This document shows, one piece after another, positions 55,136 through 64,000 of a stretch of DNA of 64,000 nt. Source of the DNA: Eledone cirrhosa (lineage: Eukaryota); assembly GCA_964016885.1 (NCBI GenBank), contig OZ024740.1:96162001-96226000 (forward strand). The letters are read 5' to 3'. Each line of letters begins with the position of its first letter. Positions within the stretch are counted from its first letter, which is position 1. A program made the translations under genes and the position numbers. Under the pieces are notes generated by a model that saw nothing but the letters and a program-made list of their open reading frames with translations, was not told where the DNA came from and ran no database searches.

Positions 55136-57184
55136 GATGAATATAAGTCAATAGAGTGCTCAACCAAGGGAGCGAAATAGTAATAATAATAAATCTGAAG
55201 ACTAAAATTCAAAGATGGCTCGATAAGGATAAATATATATCAAATATATAAGAACCGTAGAGCAAATATTTATCAAAATAGCAGATTAAAGTTTAAGCAA
55301 AGAATCGCTGCTTTCACCCTTAACGGGATCTTCTGAAACTAACAAAGTCAATATGTAAACGCAGAAGTGTATATTTCAAAAAACGTTGCAACCGGAGGAA
55401 CACAGGAAGACGATACTTTGTTTCGTGGAAACGATCCCTGGCAAAGAACGGGAAAATACGAATATAATACGTAATTAATAGGAGCGGTGAAAAACAATTA
55501 CGTGCAAAGACAGAACCACGTTTATGGTATAAAAGAAATCGTAGACTAATGTTCTCTTAGGTGGTTTATAGAGACGTTCTCTGGCAATGAACGAAAAAAA
55601 ACGAAGATAATACGTCGTATGTGGACTTTGGAGAACAATTGCACGCAAAGACTAAACCACGTAAATGGTATAGCTGAAGTCGTAGACTAATATTCTAACT
55701 AGGAAACCGAATTAATCTCTGCTTCAGAGTTAAAAATAAAGTAAATAAAATACAATACAGAGGTAATAGAAATTAAATAAATACATACACGCATGCAAAT
55801 ACGTACATACACAAGCATACGCAAAAATACTTGCCATATGTATACAAAACCACGCACATATAAATATGTGTGTGTGTGCGTGTATACACATAAATAAATA
55901 ATTAAATAAACGTATATAAATAAATAAATACGTATATCACAAGCGCACACACATACCTACATGTAAATACACAAATGTTCGGAGACGTAAGTCAACCAAA
56001 ACACGAAGTACACATATACACACACCCAACATACGTCCGAACCTGCATACTCACACAGACGCAAAACTCCCGTATACACATAACCAAACTATGTGTACCA
56101 GAATATATGAAAAAAGTATACGCCATAACATATACAATCAAATATACCTACGAGAAAGTACGTACCTTCACAAAACATACATGTAATATATACTTACATA
56201 TGCAAATAAGTAATGGTATAAACAAAACATATACTTAGCTACCACATCAAGACGTAACATATCCACGTATAGATCGTACTATCCGTTAGGGTATAACGTG
56301 GGGCTGTAATACAGGAAGGTTTTGTGCAATTTATTTTTAAGATTTTTTGTTAAGGAAGTGGTCTGTGGCGTAGAGTATTTCCAGGGCCTCAGCGGCGCAG
56401 AGGTAAACAGGTCTTTTCTTCCGTTATACGATCTAGCCCTAGCTAGGATCTCCCAGTGTAACTTATATTGGGTGTGGTTGTCTTTTAGTCTTCAGATATA
56501 AGCTGAAAGTGACGTCATATTCCTTCTTAGAGATTTACGAATCTATTGGCGGTTAACATTATGTAGGCCCTACGACGCGTGGGTTTTTCAACCTTACATT
56601 TGTAGACAATGTTACTAGAGAGGCATTTCCCGGATAGGGGGCAATCAACCCGATTCCTACAATTACAGTTACTACTAACTACAGGGTTGCACGTGATCCT
56701 ACGGTTAGGTAGTTTTGCTAAATTTGAAGCTGTGATGTTATGTGCATGGTTAGGAGTCGTAGAGTAAGAAATTTTAATAGTATTTCTATTAAAAATGTTA
56801 CTATATTTATGTGTAGGGGGAAAATGCTTCGTAATAAGCGAAAGAAAGACCTTAGCTAATGGTGTGGCCACCTCCATATTATATGGTGGGTTATACCACC
56901 AGATGCGACGGGATCTATTTCTTCTAGGTCTATTTTCGTACTCAGTATATGTTTTTCACCGCTCCTATTAATGACGTATTATATTCGTTTTTTCCCGTTC
57001 TTTGCCAGGGAACGGTTCCACGAACCAAAGAATCGTCTTCCAGTGTTCCTCCGGTTGCAACGTTTTTTTAAATATTCACTTCTGCTTTTACAGATTGACT
57101 TTGTTAGCTTCAGAAGATCCCGTTAAGGGTGAAAGCAGCGATTGTTTGCTTAAACTTTAATCTGTTATTTTAATATATATATAT

Positions 57185-59297
57185 ATAAATGTAAGTATGT
57201 ATGTATACGTACATACATATATGTATACAGACGTACAGTAGCATGTATATGTATATATACATACAGGCACACATATATATATATGCACGTATCAGTTTAC
57301 CGAACATTTATTATAATGCTCGGTTTGTTCGTTTGTAAACAAACAAACAGCCTGAATTACGCCGTACAGTGTTTAGGCAAACACGTCACCCTTTTGTTCA
57401 ACACTGACACAGGAACGATGTACTGGTTTCAAGCTTATTGGCTATCGTCAGCACCGTATACCTTTCTGCCAGATGGTTGAACGTCCGGAAGTATATACTT
57501 TCCTTATGTAAATTAACGGCTGAGCAGCCTAATTTGCATATCGAGTGAGTTCAGTCGGCCAGGCGCACGGAAAACGATAAATGGAATAGAATGAAACGAA
57601 ATTTCATTTCTCACTCTATACGGCACTTACTTAAATGTAAGTATTAGCTAATAAGCTTGAAACTAGTACATCGTTCCTGCGTCAGTGTTGAACAAAATGG
57701 TTACGTGGTTGCCTAAACACTTTACGGCGTAATTCAGGCTGTTTGTCTGACTACAAACGAACAAACCGAGCATTATAATAAATGTTCGGTAAACTGATAC
57801 GTGCATATATATATATATGTGTGCATGTATGTATATATATATATACATGCTACTGTACGTCTGTATACATATATGTATGTACGTATACATACATACTTAC
57901 ATTTAAGTAAGTGCCGTACTAAGAGTGAGAAATGAAATTTCGTTTCATTCTATTCCATTTATCGTTTTCGGTGCGCCTGGCCGACTGAACTCACTCGATA
58001 TGCAAATTAGGCTGCTCAGCCGTTAATTTTCATTAGGAAAGTGTATACTTTCGTACGTTCAACCATCTGGCAGAAAGGTATACGGTGCTGACGATAGCTA
58101 ATAAGCTTGAAACTAGAACATCGTTCCTGTGTCAGTGTTGAACAAAAAGGTGACGTGGTTGCCTAAACACTTTACGGCGTAATCCAGGCTGTTTGTTTGT
58201 TTACAAACGAACAAACCGAGCATTATAATAAATGTTCGGTAAACTGATACGTGCATGTATATATGTGTGCCTGTATCTATATATATATATATATATACAT
58301 GCTACTGTACGTCTGTATACATACATGTATGTACGTATACATACATACTTACATTTAAGTAAGTGCCGTACTAAGAGTGAGAAATGAAATTTCGTTTCAT
58401 TCTATTCCATTTATCGTTTTCGGTGCCCCGGGCCGACTGAACTCACTCGATATGCAAATTAGGCTGCCCAGCCGTTAATTTTCACAAGGAAAGTATATAC
58501 TTTCGGACGTCAACCATCTGGCAGTAAGGTATACGGTGCTGACGATAGCTAATAAGCTTGAAACTAGTACATCGTTCCTGTGTCAGTGTTGAACAAAAAA
58601 GGTGACGTGGTTGCCTAAACACTGTACGGCGTAATTCAGGCTGTTTGTTTGTTTACAAACGAACAAACCCAGCATTATAATAAATGTTCGGTAAACTAAT
58701 ACGTTATTATATATATGTGTGCCTGTATGTATATATATACATGCTACTGTACGTCTGTATACATATATGTATGTACGTATACATACATACTTACATTTAT
58801 GTAAGTGCCGTACTAAGATTGAGAAATGAAATTTCGTTTCATTCTATTCCATTTATCGTTTTCGGTGCTTCTGGCTGACTGAACTCACTCGATATGCAAA
58901 TTAGGCTGCTCAACCGTTAATTTTCATAAGGAAAGTCTTATACTTTCGGACGTTCAACCATCTGGCAGAAAGGTATACGGTGCTGACGATAGCTAATAAG
59001 CTTGAAACTAGTACATCGTTCCTGTGTCAGTGTTGAACAAAATGGTAACGTGGTTGCCTACACACTGTACGGCGTAATTCAGGCTGTTTGTTTGTTTACA
59101 AACGAACAAACCGAGCATTATAATAAACGTTCGGTAAACTGATACGTGCATATATATATATATGTGTGCCTGTATGTATATATATACATGCTACTGTACG
59201 TCTGTATACATATATGTATGTACGTATACATACATACTTACATTTAAGTAAGTGCCGTACTAAGAGTGAGAAATGAAATTTCGTTTCATTCTATTCC

Positions 59298-59300
<3 letters not shown>
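57185..59300 (+). repeat. ~445-bp hammerhead-bearing tandem array (1 inverted plus about 3.7 forward units)
   Basis: Inversion at ~57645. CTGACGA at 58088, 58539 and 58983; (TA)n flanks. Confidence 0.95.
58533..58575 (+). ncRNA. Minimal type I hammerhead (also 58082, 58977 plus; 57415-57457 minus)
   Basis: acggtg CTGACGA tagc taataa gctt GAAA CTAG TA catcgt; palindromic CTAG helix III. Confidence 0.93.
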
Positions 59301-59383
<83 letters not shown>

Positions 59384-61967
59384 TTCGAGAGTGTACTACG
59401 CCATATTTATAGTAAGCCTTGTATTTCTTTAATTCCACATAATACTATCTTTTGCGCTATATGCAACTGGAGAAATGGTGTTAACTCTGATTTACTTTTC
59501 ATAAATTATAAACATTTTAATATTAAAATCACCACAATTATTTTTAAAACATTCTATAATAGTAGGAACCAAATTAAACCCATTTCTTCAATCGAACAGA
59601 AGCATCTAATTAGATTTTTAATGATGACTGCAATCATATTTCCTTTTTAATTAGCACATTATGACGTTGCAGTTGCGATTTTAGGAACTCTTTGCGATAA
59701 AAGCTAATGCCATATTCTGTGATTTTAACAATCTTCTTATTCATATGAAGATCAATTCTGTAAGTTGAAGATACATTGGCCTTTAGTATTTAATTGAGTG
59801 TAAAATAAAATTGAAACGCAAATGCTTGTGTGGATCTTGCTGATTTGGAAATGATTTGATAATAATGAAGAACGAAAGCCTATAAACGAATGGCTTATAT
59901 GTTGAATTATATAATAGTCCTTGCTGTAATAAAGAACATTATTAAGTAGCTGACCCAGTATTGCACGGATGTAAATATTGCACATTTCAAATAATTAAAG
60001 ATTGAACAGTTTAATGGAATAAACTGATTACGAGATTCCCAAAGAAAACTGTATATGCAATACTTCAACAATTACGAAAATGCCGCCGCGTTTTTCGTAA
60101 TTGTTGAAACAGTTGCATCATATTTACATCTACAATACGCATTGGAGATCAAGTATTATACGAAACCTATTATATATAGCTTCATATAAAAGCTTCCTTA
60201 AAGCGAATTTTAGCTAATCTAAATAAAATATATTTTACTTAATGATATCAACGGTTAATTGTACACTTGCATAACCAAAGATAAAAGATATAATGAACAA
60301 TAATTGGATTTATGTTACATAATATAAAAACGATATCTGTTTATTAACATCAGAAGTAATTTTCCATTATAAAATAATTTGTGTTGCCTTTTGTTTCCTG
60401 AAAATGATAGCGACTGTCTTGAAATATAACGTTAGATCCAGTTGTAAAGAAAAGTCCTTTGGAGAGCATATACCAATATTATACTCTGACGGGGCGAAGA
60501 GGAAACAAATTTAACTCAGGGATATATTGTAGGTGTCAATGAGAAAAGCATGGGTTAATCTACGAGTAGCTCATACATTCTAAACAAGGTAGTTTTTAAT
60601 TAAAATGTTAAGGAATTATTTAGTTATTAAAGTCATTTTATATAAACATATTCGTGTGTGTGTATTTGCAGTTACAACATAAACATATCAAACTATAACA
60701 AATGTGTCATTGCTTTATCCTCTTCGGGCGCGGAGGAAGAATATTTTAGTAACGATCTATGCATAAAACATCAGTCAAGTGGCCTGAATATAAAAACGGT
60801 GGGTAAAATGTAAAAAAACACTTCTTCATCAAACATATAAGCGGTCAAATATTGTCTAAGACGGTGGATAAAAAAAGAGAATTAAATATGTACATTATTA
60901 AAATACAATGTTAAAATTTAAATATGGCCCAACTATAATCAATTTCAAATGATAAGAAAAATACACAGATACATATGTGTATACATTCCTCGGTGGTAAT
61001 GTTCTACCAAAGAATATGTTATTCACCAGTCATATCCTCAGGTGGAAGTGTGAAGGAAACTATGGAGGTAAGTAAATACAAACACACACTCACATCTATA
61101 TATGTGTGTATAGATATATATATTTACAACAGAAAAGAAACGAGAATGTTTCGTTTACCAGTAAAAGATTCCCGTTGTGCATCGAGTTGCTACGAGCGTT
61201 TCACAGAAGTTTGGCTGAAGATGACACATAAGTGTTATGTACTCGACTCCACTATACATCTGTGCTTCAGAATGGTGACAAGACAGACATATATATTTTT
61301 GTTACATCGCCAATCTGAAGAGTTGGTCGATAGTGAAGTCAGGTCCATAACTCCTATGGGTGGCCTTGAGCCAATCATCTGCGAAACGGGCGTTATAGTT
61401 TTATACGCAATAAATATATTTTACATGTAAATGAACCTACCTAGATTTTGTCTAATGTATACACTGCTACAGTGCTTGCTTTGGTTCCAACACCAGTAAT
61501 TAACTGAACCACATTGAGTACATATACGATATATATATATATTTCACATGTAAAAGAATTGCGCCATTGAATCCATTCTTCTCTTTTTCAACATATTTTA
61601 CGGTATCAAAGAATATATTTCATTCTCTACTACATACACATGTGTATGTGCTTATGTATTAATATGATTGAATTATCGAGTATTAAGTATCAGTGGTCAA
61701 CACATCTGTGATACTCTCTGTTTTAATAAGGCCCATCTAGTCCGTGTTATTTATTATGCTGCCGTCATTCCTCCTCTTGTAATTAAGTAGTTTTCTGGTC
61801 TTGAGCTTTTTATCTAAGCTCAACGAGAAGAGCGCCTACAAAGAGTCAGATATCGACAATGCTGACCCGAGCATGCAATATGCTCTGAGTGTGGTGCTTT
61901 TTGCGCAAGCAAGGCAACCGAAAGATACATATACATACAAATGCACTCTAACGCATACACCACATGT

Positions 61968-62063
61968 TTCTTCTTCTTCTTCTTCTTCTTCTTCTTCTTC
62001 TTCTTCTTCTTCTTCTTCTTCTTCTTCTTCTTCTTCTTCTTCTTCTTCTTCTTCTTCTTCTTC
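61968..62063. repeat. (TTC)n microsatellite
   Basis: Direct reading; explains the poly-Ser/poly-Glu ORFs. Confidence 0.97.
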
Positions 62064-62169
62064 GCTCGTATGCGTTTGCGGTTGTGATACTGTGATGTGT
62101 TTATATTTAGAATGTGGTGCTATGTTGCGCATAGGTGGGGCGGTTTCCCTAAATGTGGTTGATCTTGCG

Positions 62170-63800
62170 TATATAGGATTCTATATTTGCAGCCGTAGAG
62201 TATGAGAGTTTTATAGTTTTTCTATTGAGGATTTTATTATATCTATGTGATATAGGGAGGTGTTTATCTATTAGTTTAAAAAACTAGAAGGCAGTCTAGT
62301 TTTACAGAGGAGTTGAAGATTGGATTAAACCACAGGTATTTTCTTTCTCTAAGTCTTCTACAGTTTCTAGGGTTTAAATTATTCGTGTTTGGACCACCTA
62401 CTCTAGGTGCTATTTGCCTACCTCTATGTCTAGTCATGTTACCTTTATTTTTCTGTGAGCGGTTGGTGTCAGTGTTAGTGGGTTTGTTTGAGTTGTGCTT
62501 ATCTGTTATAAACAGCAGCTTTTATTTGTGTCCGACCCTATGTAATTCCGCGTTATAATAGTTAGCATGCTCATTAAACATGTCTAGGTTTGAGGATAAG
62601 CGTGATATTCTAAGGGATATACTACGTGCTATGGATTTGATTATGCATGGATGGTGGTTTAAATTATAACTAATGTAAGCCAAATTTTCCTTATTTTTGT
62701 GCAAGGGCTCTATTAATGCCGTATTTAGATTTAGAGTCACATCTAGAAAGTTTGCCTTTTTATGATTCAGTTCGTAGGTAATACTTAGGCCCAGTTTTTT
62801 TAAAGAATGTTCTAATGTTTTTTCTTAATCTTTCTATGCTCTAGTTATTTAAGTTCCTAGCTATAAGGAGCGTGTCATCTCCATAAATCCCTGGAGGTTA
62901 CTGAATTCTTTATGTAGGTTGTGAGCTATAAATAACCCCACGACGTCAGAGCTGAGTCGTTCGATCCCATTGTGATATCGAAGCTGATTATCCTATTTGT
63001 TCTTACCCAATAGCTATTTTTCAAATTTCAGATAGTCCTTCTAGAAGCTAGTATTATTTCAATTTAATCAGGGTAAGATCGGAGTTATTTTGGGCAAATA
63101 TAAGCGCTCTATCTAGGGTGGCTGGGGATATGGACGCGTAGTAATCGTTTATCTCGAATTGTATGAAGTTACATGTTACTCTATTTCCTATTTTACTGAA
63201 CCATTCAATCGCCTCGTTAGTGTTACCCCATAAATTGATTTCTAGTTTTCCCTTTATTTGTGCGATTACCCTATCTAGAATATTCTTGCTAATGTTACCT
63301 ATATCCGACTTAGATGGGCATATTAATCGGATAGTAGGATTTGCTTCAAATTATTTGTGTGATCCTTAATGTTAAATGTGGGGTTGCATGGGGTTAGAGG
63401 CTCGGTTCAATCGGATATTCCGATTTTATTTACTAACCTAAGACCCTCCCTGTTAATGCTGTTGAGTGTGGATTCATTTTTTTTTTTTTTTGTATTTTTT
63501 GTGTAGTTCACGCTGAATGAAATTATTGTATGTGTTAAGCTCGATAGAATATACGTTTAATGTTTTGTCTGCCTTTACTATGATACCGTTTGTGTCCTTT
63601 AGTTTTCTTAGTAGTGTATTCATGTCATTTTGTAATTTGTTGTGGGGTGTTCCTTTTTTGAATTTCATTCCACTTATCATATTCATGAGGTCCAGCTCGA
63701 AGGCATCGTGCGTGGAGTTGTTTGGAGGGTTTTTGCGGGATTTGAATCCGCCTATTGGCGAGCAGGTGCCTTGATTCGAGACTAGTGTACATGTGTGCGG
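62170..63800 (-). mobile_element. Degenerate Naiad-type PLE RT region
   Basis: GMKFKK, KADKTLNVY, RLICPSKSDIG, QFEINDYYASI, DITMGSND, IYGDD, NFLDVTL, NHHP. Many frameshifts. Confidence 0.85.
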
Positions 63801-64000
63801 TGAACACGGGCAACTCCACTTGGCATTACATTGGATCCAGCTAATTTATTCGAGTATCGTTGGGATTTGTTGGTATTGTCATTATTGCTATTATTGTCCT
63901 GATTTTATGCCACTGCTATATATAGAAGCCATGTATTTCCTATGCCTATGTATTTCATTCATTCTCGCATGGTCTGATGAATTGACTGGATATAACAGAG

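Larger units (their letters stand above)
51908..57172 (-). mobile_element. Partial-tandem Naiad-type PLE: inverted pLTR piece, truncated copy, pLTR, full ORF, pLTR
   Basis: ~1.05-kb direct repeats 51908-52960 and 55179-56240; truncated ORF end 56280-56950; inverted pLTR piece 56952-57172. Confidence 0.95.

Noticed and set aside
61212-61252. CTGAAGA tgacac ataa gtgtta motif
   Set aside because: No GAAA half-core follows.
63971-64000. CTGATGA upstream of the last Naiad fragment
   Set aside because: Cut by the window edge; the second half of the core cannot be seen.

Overview
Very AT-rich, (TA)n/(CA)n-saturated eukaryotic DNA with no recognisable host gene; the SINE and microsatellite content suggests a cephalopod (octopus-like) genome (inference). 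The window is largely decayed Penelope-like retroelements (PLEs: several Naiad-type copies with the CxCx5Cx5C linker plus GIY-YIG endonuclease, one Neptune-like and one Poseidon-like family), tRNA-derived SINEs and RTE remnants. The signal missed by the ORF track is RNA structure. Reading both strands reveals 30 or more type I hammerhead ribozyme (HHR) motifs, some degenerate, in about 10 sequence families. Four families form non-coding tandem arrays with one HHR per unit (310, ~276, ~445 and ~550 bp units), mostly with an inverted arm and inserted in (TA)n. These look like PLE-mobilised, circRNA-forming retrozyme candidates. Several HHRs are architecturally unusual: a 101-nt helix II with compensatory changes, a ~65-nt helix III with a canonical GUC site, and a U3-A8 core variant. 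All pairings were read by eye, none has been folded computationally or assayed, and element boundaries are approximate.
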